56,381 bases of DNA from Thermoflexaceae bacterium (GCA_029226085.1 JAQXXN010000006.1:1-56381), one strand, 5' to 3'. Counted from the first letter of the stretch, positions 10,504 through 20,835 are shown. Notes: generated by a model from the letters alone, not told the origin. A program made the numbers and translations.

Positions 10504-10982
10504 GGCGTCACCAGTATCCTTTCGTCCTTATTTTCTGCCTCCAGCGCAGTGCCGTATACCTTGTATTTTTTCAGCACGAAATGTGTGGAAGTGCTGATGA
10601 CTTCGTCAATGGTTGCAAGCTTGGAGGAAACAAAAAGTGCAACCGATTTCATACTCTTTCCTTCGATAATTACCGTAAAATCAAATCCGCCCGACATCAG
10701 ATAAAGAGAAGATACTTCACTGTAATTATAAATTCTTTCCGCAATACTATCAAATCCGTGGCCTCTCTGCGGAGTAACCTTCACCTCAATGAGTGCGGTC
10801 ACCTTTTCTTCCGTTGTCTTATCCCAGTTAATAATGGTATTATAACCACAGATAATATGCTCTTTCTCCATTTGTGCAATTTCATTGGCAAGTTCTGCCT
10901 CATTCATGTCAAGCATCACCGCCAGGTCCTTCAAATCAATCCGCCCGTTCTGCTCAAGCATTGCTAAAATCTTCTCTCTCAT
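10500..10982 (-). CDS. Lrp/AsnC-family transcriptional regulator
   Basis: 160 aa. N-terminal HTH (ILAMLEQNGRIDLKDLAVMLDMNEAELANEI) plus a C-terminal RAM/AsnC_trans_reg-like domain. Translationally coupled to the aminotransferase. Confidence 0.8.
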   Translation of the reverse strand: MREKILAMLEQNGRIDLKDLAVMLDMNEAELANEIAQMEKEHIICGYNTIINWDKTTEEKVTALIEVKVTPQRGHGFDSIAERIYNYSEVSSLYLMSGGFDFTVIIEGKSMKSVALFVSSKLATIDEVISTSTHFVLKKYKVYGTALEAENKDERILVTP

Positions 10983-10994
10983 ATGAAAACCTCT

Positions 10995-11984
10995 CTATTC
11001 ATTATTAAAAATTTTCCACAATTCATCACGCCCCGGTACATCCAGATAACGGATTTCATCTTCATTAACTAAAATTTTATCATTATTATCCGTTACTTCT
11101 CCTATGACACTGACCGGTATTTCCTCTTCCCTAAGTGCCAAAAGAACATCGCTTCCATCGGGTATGGTCATAAGCAGGCTCCCTCCGGATAGAAGCTGGT
11201 AGGGATTTAAATCAAACAGTTCACATGCCTCTATGATTTCCTGCCGGACCGGAATCTTTTTAAAATCCACTTTTATTCCCGTATGTCCGTTTGCGGCAAG
11301 TTCCCACAGCCCATTAAGGATTCCTCCGTTGGAAAGATTATGCAGATATGTGGCTCCATTTTCTGCCGCAATCTGTGCCTCTTCCAATATTGAAAGCCAT
11401 CTTCCTCCATTGAAAAGAACCTCTGTAAGCTGAGCCGGAAATCTTAAAGAAAGTTGCTCCTTTTTATAGTTTGACAGTAAATATGCGCCTTCCATTCCAA
11501 TCCATTTGGTAACCGCAATTTTCTGTCCCGGTTCAATCCTGCCGGAAATATCATATTTCTTTTTTCCAAAACCTGTATATGTAACAACCGGTTTCAATAC
11601 CGCACCGGATATTTCCGTGTGTCCTCCGGCAATCTGAACCTTAAGACTGCTGCACACTACATCTGACCGGCGCATGATATCCTTAAGGAGCCTTTCATCA
11701 AAATCCTGGGGCAATGTAATATTCACAAGGACTCCCTCCATGCATCCACCCATGCATGCAATGTCATTGAGCACTCTGACAATCCCTGTTTCTGCCCAGA
11801 AACCATCACCAAGTGTCACTGTGGCAGTCGAAACCGCCATCATGCCGTCACACTTTATGACTGCCGCATCCCTGCCTACTCCGGCGCCGCTTAAAACAGC
11901 CGGATTCTTTGCATGGATTTCTTTCAGCACAGATCTTTTTAACACAGATTCGGAAATTTTTCCTGAACGCATATTTGACAACAA
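10995..11984 (-). CDS. AIR synthase-related (PurM/HypE-fold) protein
   Basis: 329 aa. GVGRDAAV near the N-terminus, and NDIACMGG and GGHTE motifs typical of the PurM-like superfamily. Confidence 0.7.
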   Translation of the reverse strand: MLSNMRSGKISESVLKRSVLKEIHAKNPAVLSGAGVGRDAAVIKCDGMMAVSTATVTLGDGFWAETGIVRVLNDIACMGGCMEGVLVNITLPQDFDERLLKDIMRRSDVVCSSLKVQIAGGHTEISGAVLKPVVTYTGFGKKKYDISGRIEPGQKIAVTKWIGMEGAYLLSNYKKEQLSLRFPAQLTEVLFNGGRWLSILEEAQIAAENGATYLHNLSNGGILNGLWELAANGHTGIKVDFKKIPVRQEIIEACELFDLNPYQLLSGGSLLMTIPDGSDVLLALREEEIPVSVIGEVTDNNDKILVNEDEIRYLDVPGRDELWKIFNNE

Positions 11985-12010
11985 CCTCTCAAATTAGTAT
12001 AGTAACCTTA

Positions 12011-12118
12011 TCAAATCAAAGCACTCAGTACAATCGGCAGCACCATGCAGAGAACCAGAATCAGTATTATAATTGTTGACATCATTTTCTTTGTTTTTTT
12101 GCTGTTAAAGTTTATCAT
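12011..12118 (-). CDS. Possible 35-aa small hydrophobic membrane peptide
   Basis: My own translation gives MINFNSKKTKKMMSTIIILILVLCMVLPIVLSALI, a basic head plus one TM helix. GGAGG lies 10 nt upstream of the ATG. The ORF is too short for the ORF track. Confidence 0.3.
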   Translation of the reverse strand: MINFNSKKTKKMMSTIIILILVLCMVLPIVLSALI

Positions 12119-12162
12119 TATATACATACCTCCATTAATGAAATGAAAAGAAAGGATAAAAT

Positions 12163-12786
12163 ATGAAACTACTCTTCCCATTTGTCTTATTTTTCAGTCT
12201 GATATTTACAATGCTTCTTAAAAAAAGCTCTATATCTTTCTCCCAGCAGGCAGAAGCCCTTCTTGAAAAGGAGCGTACTGCCAACTCAACCCGTAAGAAA
12301 GATATCAGTAATTTAGATTATATCACAATTCCTTATGAAAAGTTACCTTTTCTTGAGAAACCTTCTGAAAGAGTTAAATCCTATGAGCAGGATATCCTTT
12401 ACCTAAAGGGTCAAAAGATTCTGAATCTTAACGGTATCAGTAATACCGAACTAAAACTTACATACGGTGCAGCCAATCTGCCGAACCTTATGCAGTATGA
12501 TGAAAACTACATACGCCTTGTAGCCATCCTTGGAAAATGGGCTCAGGCACTCATGGATGAAAATTATGTGACCGAAGCACAGACCGTTCTCGAAGCAGCC
12601 GTGGAGGCAGGATGTGACTCCAGCTCAATTTACTTAAACCTTGCTTCCATCTATCAGTCAACGGACATTAATAAAATGCCATATCTGATTGAAAAAATAA
12701 ATGCTTCTTCTTCACCGATGAAAAAGACCATCCTGGAAAAAATAAATGCGCTTTCATGCTCAGCCGATTCTTCCGTAGACAGATAA
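12163..12786 (+). CDS. Hypothetical membrane-anchored protein (N-terminal TM, helical/TPR-like C-terminus)
   Basis: 207-aa ORF with a hydrophobic N-terminus (LLFPFVLFFSLIFTMLL). I recognised no catalytic motif. Confidence 0.5.
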   Translation: MKLLFPFVLFFSLIFTMLLKKSSISFSQQAEALLEKERTANSTRKKDISNLDYITIPYEKLPFLEKPSERVKSYEQDILYLKGQKILNLNGISNTELKLTYGAANLPNLMQYDENYIRLVAILGKWAQALMDENYVTEAQTVLEAAVEAGCDSSSIYLNLASIYQSTDINKMPYLIEKINASSSPMKKTILEKINALSCSADSSVDR

Positions 12787-13467
12787 AATACGGTCTATTA
12801 TTCTGGAAGCTTCATTCTTGGTCAGACTCTCCGGCTCTGTTTCAAGCACAATTCCGTGTGCAGCTGTCAGAGCCTTTAAATATTTTAACTGTGCCGGCGT
12901 AACCGGAGATTTTTTCTTTATTCCAAATTCCAGTTTCATCGGTTTTTCAAAACCTTCATCATCCGGATTTATTTCATGTAACTTTTCATATAACAGTCTG
13001 GCAGAATGTGCATCATCAAACGCCCTGTGGCTGCTTCCCGGATCAATCTGAAGATACCGGCACAAAAATTCCAGTTTTTTGCTCTCTGCCTCCGGAAGGA
13101 TTCTTCTTGCCAGTTTTAATGTATCTATCCCATTTTTCTCAAAATCCCTGTTCATGGATACTGCCACACATTTTAAAAAACTGTAATCAAACAATATATT
13201 GTGTCCCAAAAGAGGTAACTCCTCCATGAATCCTGACAGTTCATCAAAAATATCCTCAATGACCGGTGCATTCTTCACCATGGCATCATCAATTCCCGTT
13301 ATGCCTGTAATTCTATCAGAAATATGCATTCTCGGATTAATAAAGGAACAAAATGTTCCGGCTTCTTTCCCGTCAATCACTTTCAATGCACCAATTTCTA
13401 TAATCCGGTCATTTCCCGGGCTGATTCCTGTTGTTTCCAAATCAATTGCAATAAATGAATTAATCAT
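12760..13467 (-). CDS. DEDDh 3'-5' exonuclease (DnaQ/PolIII-epsilon-like) with a small C-terminal extension
   Basis: Exo I FIAIDLETTG, Exo II LGHNILFDYSFL, Exo III HRAFDDAHS. 235 aa. Confidence 0.8.
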   Translation of the reverse strand: MINSFIAIDLETTGISPGNDRIIEIGALKVIDGKEAGTFCSFINPRMHISDRITGITGIDDAMVKNAPVIEDIFDELSGFMEELPLLGHNILFDYSFLKCVAVSMNRDFEKNGIDTLKLARRILPEAESKKLEFLCRYLQIDPGSSHRAFDDAHSARLLYEKLHEINPDDEGFEKPMKLEFGIKKKSPVTPAQLKYLKALTAAHGIVLETEPESLTKNEASRIIDRILSVYGRIG

Positions 13468-13488
13468 AAGAATTATCCTGTACCATTA

Positions 13489-14121
13489 CTATTGTTCTGC
13501 TTTTCTGCACAGATGATTCAGAAAGCATTTTTCACACTGGGGATTCCGTGCCGTACAGATACTCCTTCCATGTGTGATAATCTGTATGTTCCATAAAATC
13601 CAGTGATCCTTCGGAAGCTTTTTCATGAGATCATATTCTATCTTTACCGGATCTTCTTCTTTCGTAAGTCCAAGCTTTCTTGAAATTCTCTTTACATGGG
13701 TATCCACCACAATACTCGGCTCATGAAATATGTTTCCCCGGATGACGTTTGCCGTCTTTCTTCCCACGCCGGGCAGATTGGTAAGTGCATCAATGTCATT
13801 TGGAACCTCTCCGTTATATTTCTCCACCAGCTCCCTTGCACATGCAATGATATTTTTCGCCTTATTATGGTAAAACCCGGTGGAATGAATATCCTGTTCC
13901 AGTTCTTTTAACGATGCGCCGGCAAAATCTTCAAGACTTTTATACTTTACAAACAAATCCTTTGTAACCATGTTGACCCTTGCATCCGTACACTGTGCAC
14001 TCAGCATGGTAGCAATCAGAAGCTGCCATGCATTATCATGATTCAGATAACATTTGTAGTCCGTTGAATAATGCTCATCCAGTAAAGCCAGAATTTCTTT
14101 TGTTCTTTTTGTTACTGCCAT
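13489..14121 (-). CDS. nth: Endonuclease III (DNA-(apurinic/apyrimidinic site) lyase)
   Basis: HhH-GPD motif LPGVGRKTANV, catalytic-region DTHV and a C-terminal 4Fe-4S cluster CTARNPQCEKCFLNHLC. Confidence 0.92.
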   Translation of the reverse strand: MAVTKRTKEILALLDEHYSTDYKCYLNHDNAWQLLIATMLSAQCTDARVNMVTKDLFVKYKSLEDFAGASLKELEQDIHSTGFYHNKAKNIIACARELVEKYNGEVPNDIDALTNLPGVGRKTANVIRGNIFHEPSIVVDTHVKRISRKLGLTKEEDPVKIEYDLMKKLPKDHWILWNIQIITHGRSICTARNPQCEKCFLNHLCRKAEQ

Positions 14122-15812
14122 ACATATTCCTCCACTGCTGCCATTTTACTTACCGGATGCCTGTTTTCATAATCAAAAACAATGAGACAGTCCCTCCGGC
14201 AGATTTCCTTATCCTTCATTAATTTTAATATATCCAGGTGAAATGGTTCAACATGAAAAATCTTACTTTTCATTGTTTTTGACAATTTCCGGTAACTATC
14301 TCTTGTGAGTTCCTTGTAAATTTCCCCATCACAGGCAAAATCCGGTCTTGTTTTCAGATTTTCCCGCAGATATAAATCAAAAACCAGCAGCTGTTCAAAA
14401 ACCTCCATGTCAAGCCTTCCTAAGCTACGGATAAAATCCAGTAAAATGCTGTATCTTGTAATACGTGTATGCTTCATGTCAAACAGACCGTGTTCCTTAT
14501 AATATGCTGCCAGACAGTCATACATGTCAAACGCACTGTCAAAATACTGCTCCAGAAATTCAAAAGTATAGGAAAACAGTCCGCTGTTGTAATATACCTC
14601 TGTCATTTCTTCTACTGCCTTAAGGCGGATAATGTCATCAAAATCCATCCAGTTTGTTTTTAAGACCTCATAGGGTGCCTTGTCCGCGTATATCAGTCCG
14701 TACTCCTCTGCCTTGTCATGCATCTTGGCTCCTTTTAGCACCTTAAGAAACCCCAGCTGTAACTCCTGCGGTCTTAATTCATAAACCTCGTTAAAAGAAT
14801 GTATGAATGATTTTATGTCTTCTTTGGGAAGTCCTGCAATTAAATCCAGATGGATATGGATATTTCCCGGTTTACGGAGTGTCCTTACCACTTCCTTTAC
14901 CCGTTCTAAATCCATCGTTCTGTCAATTTCCCGGATGGTATCCGGATTCGTTGACTGGACTCCTATTTCCAATTGTATGAGTCCGGGCCGCATCTGATTC
15001 ATTAATGCGATTTCTTCATCCGTGATAATATCCGCTGCCACCTCAAAGTGAAAATTCGTGATTCCATTATCATGCTCCAGCAGAAATTGTAAAATTTCCA
15101 TGGTTCTGTCCACACGGATATTAAAAGTTCTGTCAATAAATTTAACCTGTAAGACATTATGCGCCAGAAAGAATCCAAGCTCCTTCTTTACCAGTTCCAT
15201 GCTACGGAAACGTACTGTTTTGTCAATGGATGACATACAATAGCTGCACCGGAAAGGACATCCCCTGCTGCTTTCGTAATAAATAATCCGGTGGGCAAAC
15301 CGCTCCGGTTCCTCATACAGAAACTTTAGTTCATCCATTGGCACAAGGCTGCCCGGTTTTGTCATTACAATCCGTTCATTCTCCCGGTACATCAGTCCTT
15401 CAATATCCTTAAGACAGATATCTCCATAACTGTAAAAACGCATAAGCTTTGTAAAAACGGTCTCGCCTTCCCCAATCATGACTCCCTTTAAATAAGAATT
15501 ATCTTGCAGGATAACCGGACCGTCATAGGACACCTCCGGTCCTCCAAACCAGATGTCTGTCCGTGGCAACACCTTCTTAAGCTGTCCTGCCACATCCTTT
15601 ACATATTCAATATTCCACACATAACAGGAAAAAAACAGCACATCCGGCTTTCTTTCGTATAAATCCCTGACCACCGCATCCATCTGATTATTGATTGTAT
15701 ATTCTGCAAGTTCCATAAAATCCCCATATTGAGATGCATGTTTCATCAGGCTGTATACTGCAGGATTGGTATGTATATATTTTGCATTTATCGCAGTCAA
15801 TAATGCTTTCAT
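14112..15812 (-). CDS. B12-binding-domain radical SAM protein (DUF4080-type C-terminus)
   Basis: 566 aa with a radical SAM CxxxCxxC (SSRGCPFRCSYC) after an N-terminal B12-binding-like domain. Overlaps the nth start by 10 nt. Confidence 0.8.
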   Translation of the reverse strand: MKALLTAINAKYIHTNPAVYSLMKHASQYGDFMELAEYTINNQMDAVVRDLYERKPDVLFFSCYVWNIEYVKDVAGQLKKVLPRTDIWFGGPEVSYDGPVILQDNSYLKGVMIGEGETVFTKLMRFYSYGDICLKDIEGLMYRENERIVMTKPGSLVPMDELKFLYEEPERFAHRIIYYESSRGCPFRCSYCMSSIDKTVRFRSMELVKKELGFFLAHNVLQVKFIDRTFNIRVDRTMEILQFLLEHDNGITNFHFEVAADIITDEEIALMNQMRPGLIQLEIGVQSTNPDTIREIDRTMDLERVKEVVRTLRKPGNIHIHLDLIAGLPKEDIKSFIHSFNEVYELRPQELQLGFLKVLKGAKMHDKAEEYGLIYADKAPYEVLKTNWMDFDDIIRLKAVEEMTEVYYNSGLFSYTFEFLEQYFDSAFDMYDCLAAYYKEHGLFDMKHTRITRYSILLDFIRSLGRLDMEVFEQLLVFDLYLRENLKTRPDFACDGEIYKELTRDSYRKLSKTMKSKIFHVEPFHLDILKLMKDKEICRRDCLIVFDYENRHPVSKMAAVEEYVWQ

Positions 15813-15874
15813 AAAATTCCTTTCCCATCCCGGAAGATAAAACCGGGCGGGACTGCTCCCACCCGGTTAAAATC

Positions 15875-17635
15875 CTATCTGTCATCAAGGGATAATTCAA
15901 TTATCTTACCCACAAAGTTAAGATATGCCTTGTCAGTTTCCGACCACTTCCGCGCAGAAGAAGACTCCTTATAATATGCTATATAGCCCGGATTTCTCTC
16001 ATTCTGCATTTTATAAATAAGTGCTGCCGTAATGTTTCGCATACTCATATACTCATACGCTTCTTTATAGATACCTTCAATATTCACCACACTGTCCACA
16101 ACAGCAATACCGTTTTCATTAAATAGCTTCTGAAAATCATCCTCATAAACATAACTGATGGACTTTACCCTATCATCCGGCTTTGCCATCCAGTCCATGA
16201 TAACCCTTTCCATGTCACCATAAAAAACATCGATATCATCCAGTTCAAATGTCTGGCCCACTTCACTTAGAGCTGTCTCATAAGGCATGACCTGCTTATG
16301 AAGAAAGAAATCCGTAAGACGAATAATCAGGCTTTCCTTATTTATCTTGCCTTCAATTTTATTCGGGTTACCAATCTCTTCATCACTCATGGCATCACCA
16401 TGAATTTCAGGAGTATAGATAATATAACGATTCTTCCCCTTTTTCTTGGCACGATACAGCATCTTATCTGCAATCATAAATAAATCTTCATATCGCTTTG
16501 CATGTACCGGATACGATGCAACACCAATGGAACAGGTCAGATTCAGTCCCTCTTTCTTACCTTTATATGCCCACTCTATGTTGGAGCGTATGGTTCTTAA
16601 GATACTTCTTAGTTCCGAATGATTTTCCACTTTTTCCAGAACAATAAGCATTTCATCCCCGCCAATACGTCCTACCACCCCACGGCCTGCGACTGCCGCT
16701 TTTAAAATTTCCGCAGTGGCTGCAAGTACCTCGTCTCCAAACATATGACCAAAGGTATCGTTAATGTTCTTAAAATTATCCAGATCAATGATACATAAAT
16801 GAATACTATATTCCGGTCTTGCGGCAATTGCTTTTTTGGCATAGTCTGTAATTGCCTTCTTATTCAGCACATCCGTTCCTGCGTCCTTATTGGACTCTAC
16901 ATTGTAGTTAATTTCTTTCTTCTTACTGTCCTGACTGATAAAAGAAATGCAGCCTATAACCTTCCGTTCCCTTGAAGAATCCCGTATGGTTTTCCCCTTA
17001 ACCAGGTGCATCTCCATTTCCTGATTCACAGAAAATGCCTTGGATAAAAGCTCATACTTAAAACTTCTCGTTCCGTTCTTAAGATCATTACAGAAATTAA
17101 GAAATGTCTCCATATATTCCGGACTAATATACTCATTCTCCGTCATGTCCTGAATCCAGTCCTCCAGGCTGCTGTTTGTCAGATTGACCGTCTGATTATT
17201 ACCGCCAAAGAAAACACGGAACTGATCTTCCTCAATATTATACATAAACATTAATTCATCAAGTAGTCCAAAATACTCACCATATTCTGAATTAATATTC
17301 TTGATGGCACTCATTTCCCGTTCCAGTGCCTGAATATCCTGAATATTAATACTGATTAACGGTTCTCCTCCGAATTCAATCGGCTCATATTCAAGTTCAG
17401 CAAGTATCCACCGATATTTTCCGTCTTTTCGCCGGATACGGTATGCCAGCATGTTGTGTCCCTCTTCCTTAAGTTCCTCAACAGCCGCACTTAATCGTTT
17501 TAGGTCCGATGGATGCGCACTTTTTACCAATGAAATAAATGTATCCTCACCCACATACTGATAAAAACCTTCATCTGCTTTTTTAATCTGAAGGAATCTG
17601 TCAATTGTGGCTGACCCGGTATTAAACTTCGCCAT
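15875..17635 (-). CDS. PAS-GGDEF-domain protein with non-canonical GGDEM motif and an extra C-terminal domain
   Basis: 586 aa with a PAS-like N-terminus (AYRIRRKDGKYRWILAE). The GGDEF domain shows DLDNFKNINDTFGHMFGDEVL...RIGGDEMLIV...LYRAKKKGKNRY. About 160 further aa are of unknown fold. Confidence 0.75.
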   Translation of the reverse strand: MAKFNTGSATIDRFLQIKKADEGFYQYVGEDTFISLVKSAHPSDLKRLSAAVEELKEEGHNMLAYRIRRKDGKYRWILAELEYEPIEFGGEPLISINIQDIQALEREMSAIKNINSEYGEYFGLLDELMFMYNIEEDQFRVFFGGNNQTVNLTNSSLEDWIQDMTENEYISPEYMETFLNFCNDLKNGTRSFKYELLSKAFSVNQEMEMHLVKGKTIRDSSRERKVIGCISFISQDSKKKEINYNVESNKDAGTDVLNKKAITDYAKKAIAARPEYSIHLCIIDLDNFKNINDTFGHMFGDEVLAATAEILKAAVAGRGVVGRIGGDEMLIVLEKVENHSELRSILRTIRSNIEWAYKGKKEGLNLTCSIGVASYPVHAKRYEDLFMIADKMLYRAKKKGKNRYIIYTPEIHGDAMSDEEIGNPNKIEGKINKESLIIRLTDFFLHKQVMPYETALSEVGQTFELDDIDVFYGDMERVIMDWMAKPDDRVKSISYVYEDDFQKLFNENGIAVVDSVVNIEGIYKEAYEYMSMRNITAALIYKMQNERNPGYIAYYKESSSARKWSETDKAYLNFVGKIIELSLDDR

Positions 17636-17746
17636 TAATTCTCCTTCTCCTGTTTCCCCAAAAACATTCTTCCGTCTGCGTATATGTAATATATCATACC
17701 ATATTCTTTCGGAAATAACAAGAAATTCCAGCTATTTTCCCTTAAT

Positions 17747-18160
17747 TTAAGCCAGATTCACGTTGTCAAACCTTTTAGGAAGAAGTTCATCCAATGTAAA
17801 AACCTTGTAATGTTCTTTGTCAATTACTGCTATCACTTCAAAATCTCCGTCACAAAATTCTGCCATTACCTGACGGCACACGCCACATGGGAAGGCATAA
17901 TCATTTGGCATTTCTCCTCTTCCACCGGCAATGGCAATCCGTTTGAATTTTCTTTTCCCCTCGCTGACCGCTTTGAAGAAAGCCGTCCGTTCTGCGCATA
18001 TTGTAGGAGTATAAGCTGCATTTTCTACGTTGCATCCGGTAAAAATCGCATCATCTTCTGTCTGCAATGCAGCACCCACACGATATCCGGAATATGGTGC
18101 ATAGGAATTATTCCTTACCTCAAGTGCTTTTTCTATTAATTCTTCTAATAATTTTTCCAT
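17747..18160 (-). CDS. cdd: Cytidine deaminase
   Basis: 137 aa with zinc motifs CAERTA and PCGVCRQ. Confidence 0.92.
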   Translation of the reverse strand: MEKLLEELIEKALEVRNNSYAPYSGYRVGAALQTEDDAIFTGCNVENAAYTPTICAERTAFFKAVSEGKRKFKRIAIAGGRGEMPNDYAFPCGVCRQVMAEFCDGDFEVIAVIDKEHYKVFTLDELLPKRFDNVNLA

Positions 18161-18270
18161 GAAATCATCTCCGTTCTTATTACGCTCTTATTATATTATA
18201 TCCCAGAAATATTTACAATAAAGCTTCCTGTCGTCCGGTAAATCCTTCTTTCTCTCCCTATGAAATCTCA

Positions 18271-18299
18271 TTGAAATGTCACTTTTAAAAAGGTATAAT
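18271..18299 (+). promoter_or_regulatory. Sigma-A-type promoter for the serine hydrolase gene
   Basis: TTGAAA (18271-18276), a 17-nt spacer, then TATAAT (18294-18299). GAGGTG lies ahead of the ATG at 18341. Confidence 0.5.
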
Positions 18300-18340
18300 A
18301 AGATAAATTTAAAAACTATATCAGGAATTCGAGGTGCATT

Positions 18341-19783
18341 ATGCTCAATAATTTTACTTTTAACCGTAAAAAGCCGGAAGAGACCGGCATTGAATCCGAC
18401 TGGATCATAAATTTTCTAAACCGTCTTGAAAACTGCCATCTTCCAATGCATGGCTTTATCCTGATGAAGGATGATGCCATTGTGGCAGAGACCTATTATT
18501 CCCCATATCAGGCAGACACCCTTCACCGGATGTTTTCCATTACCAAAAGTTTTGTCTCCATCGCAATAGGTCTTCTGGAAGAAGAAGGGAGATTAAGTCT
18601 TGATGATAAGATTATCACGCACTTTCCGGAAAAACTAGACGGCACCGAAAAATCCCCTTATCTATCCGAAATGACCATTCGTGACATGCTCATGATGTCC
18701 TCCTGTCATTCCATGACCACCTACAAGGCTCCCGGATGTACAGACTGGGTCGGTTCCTTTTTTACCACCGCACCATCCCATGTACCTGGAACCACATTTT
18801 CTTATGATACTTCCGCAACTCATACATTATGTGCTCTGGTGGAAAAAATCACCGGAAAGAAAATGCTGGACTATTTAAGAGAGAAATTCCTTAATGAAAT
18901 CGGATTTTCCAAAAACGCTTATGTCATGGAAGCCCCGGGCGGTGAAAGTCTGGGCGGTTCGGGTCTCATGGCAACCCCAATGGATTTACTGCGCTTCATG
19001 TACGTTATCAGCAAGGGCGGCAATTTCAACGGAAAACAGCTTCTTCCGGCAGATTATGTAAAGAAAGCAACTTCATGGCAGACCGATACCTATGCCAAGT
19101 CTGCCACCTGGGAAGAAATGCAGGGATACGGCTACCAGTTCTGGATGACTACCCACAACGGTGTTTCCTGTTACGGAATGGGCGGTCAGTACGCCTGCTA
19201 TTATCCTGATAAAAATATTATTCTCATAACAACTGCTGATACCCAGGGAAGGCAGGGCGGAACACAGCTGATTTATGATGCATTTTATCAGGAAATCTAC
19301 GATAAAATCGGTCAGCCTTGTTCCTGTGAATCTTCCTGTGGACTGGATAAATATCTTTCCACACGTACTCTGTTCTGTGTTGAAGGCAAATCCGCTTCCC
19401 CGATAAAAGAAAAGATTAACGATACCAGATATTTCATGGATAACAATCCAAATGGTTTTAAATGGATTTCACTATCCCTGAAAAAATATGGCGGAACCTT
19501 TGATTATGAAACGGATAAGGGTGTATTTTCCCTTCCGTTCGGAATCGGAAGTAATGAAATCGTCCAGTTTCCGTTTTATCATTACAAGGCAGCAGTAAGC
19601 GGTGCTTTTCGCCGTGATGACACATTTCTTATTAAGGCTCATCTGGTGGATGAGTGTGTGGGGAACGTATTTATCCAGCTGGTATTCAAGGATAATGACG
19701 TTACCCTTATGATGCGCAAGTTCGAGGAAACCATGTTTAATGAATTTGATGGATTTATCAGTGGACATCTTCCAAAAAATTAA
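18341..19783 (+). CDS. Serine hydrolase, beta-lactamase/transpeptidase-like family
   Basis: 480 aa. SxxK motif (FSITKSF) near residue 65 and class-C/esterase-like architecture. Confidence 0.8.
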   Translation: MLNNFTFNRKKPEETGIESDWIINFLNRLENCHLPMHGFILMKDDAIVAETYYSPYQADTLHRMFSITKSFVSIAIGLLEEEGRLSLDDKIITHFPEKLDGTEKSPYLSEMTIRDMLMMSSCHSMTTYKAPGCTDWVGSFFTTAPSHVPGTTFSYDTSATHTLCALVEKITGKKMLDYLREKFLNEIGFSKNAYVMEAPGGESLGGSGLMATPMDLLRFMYVISKGGNFNGKQLLPADYVKKATSWQTDTYAKSATWEEMQGYGYQFWMTTHNGVSCYGMGGQYACYYPDKNIILITTADTQGRQGGTQLIYDAFYQEIYDKIGQPCSCESSCGLDKYLSTRTLFCVEGKSASPIKEKINDTRYFMDNNPNGFKWISLSLKKYGGTFDYETDKGVFSLPFGIGSNEIVQFPFYHYKAAVSGAFRRDDTFLIKAHLVDECVGNVFIQLVFKDNDVTLMMRKFEETMFNEFDGFISGHLPKN

Positions 19784-19830
19784 TATAATAATATATGATA
19801 AATTACCAATACGACAGAATGGAGTACAAC

Positions 19831-20835
19831 ATGAAAAACAAAATAATAACCTTTGGAGAAATCTTACTGCGTCTTTCTCCTGACAATAATGAGCGCTTTA
19901 CACAATGTCATTCCTATGAGGCAGTATATGGCGGCGGTGAGGCAAATACCGCTGTGTCACTGGCGAATTTTGATGTTCCGTGCAGCTATGTGACAAAGCT
20001 TCCTGCACATCCGATAGGTCAGAGTGCCGTGAATGCCCTCCGCCAGTACGGTGTTGACACCAGTCTCATTGTAAGGGGTGGCGACCAGATTGGAATTTAT
20101 TTTCTTGAAAAGAAAACCAGCCAGCGCCCTTCCAACGTAATTTACAACCGCCGTGGTTCTGCCATTGCAATGGCTTCGGAAGAAGACTTTGACTGGGACA
20201 AGATTTTTGACGGTGCAACATGGTTCCATTTTTCCGGAATTACCCCTGCACTCAGTGATAACATGGCAAAAATCACCTTAACAGCCTGTAAGGCCGCCAA
20301 GGCCAGAAACATTACCGTAAGCTGTGACCTGAATTACCGTGGAAAGCTCTGGTCCGGTGAAAAGGCAAATGCCGTAATGTCTGAAATCTGTAACTATGTG
20401 GATATCTGCATCGCTAACGAGGATGATGCCGTGGGAATCTTCGGAATGGATGCTTCTCAGTCATCCGAAGAAAAGAATGCTTATATCGCAAAGGAATTAA
20501 TGAAGCGTTTTCCGTTCCGGATGGTTGCATCCGTGTGGCGTACCGAGACTTCCATCACCACTTTTAAACTGCAGTCCATGATTTATACCAATGACACGGC
20601 ATATTACAGCAAGGAATATTACATGCATATCCTTGATTACATAGGTGCCGGTGATGCTTTCTGTGCCGGTCTGATTTACAGTCTCATTCATGACTATGAC
20701 CCGCAAAAAGCCGTGGAATTTTCCAATGCCGCAAGCTGCTTAAAGCATACCGTAAGCGGTGATTTTAACCTGGTAACGGTGGATGAGGTCAACAAGCTTG
20801 CTTTTTCTGCAAGTGGCAATGAAGTTCAGAGATAA
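19831..20835 (+). CDS. kdgK: PfkB-family sugar kinase, 2-dehydro-3-deoxygluconokinase-like
   Basis: FGEILLRLSP N-terminus and PfkB signature GAGDAFCAGLIY. I moved the start to ATG 19831 (MKNKIITFGE), 6 nt after GGAG. Confidence 0.8.
   Translation: MKNKIITFGEILLRLSPDNNERFTQCHSYEAVYGGGEANTAVSLANFDVPCSYVTKLPAHPIGQSAVNALRQYGVDTSLIVRGGDQIGIYFLEKKTSQRPSNVIYNRRGSAIAMASEEDFDWDKIFDGATWFHFSGITPALSDNMAKITLTACKAAKARNITVSCDLNYRGKLWSGEKANAVMSEICNYVDICIANEDDAVGIFGMDASQSSEEKNAYIAKELMKRFPFRMVASVWRTETSITTFKLQSMIYTNDTAYYSKEYYMHILDYIGAGDAFCAGLIYSLIHDYDPQKAVEFSNAASCLKHTVSGDFNLVTVDEVNKLAFSASGNEVQR

Noticed and set aside
12760-12786. 27-bp convergent overlap of the 207-aa hypothetical gene and the exonuclease gene; 2-bp convergent gap between the kinase and trmL at 8355-8358
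   Set aside because: These are compact-genome features without visible terminators. They may matter for antisense interference, but nothing in the sequence supports a specific mechanism.
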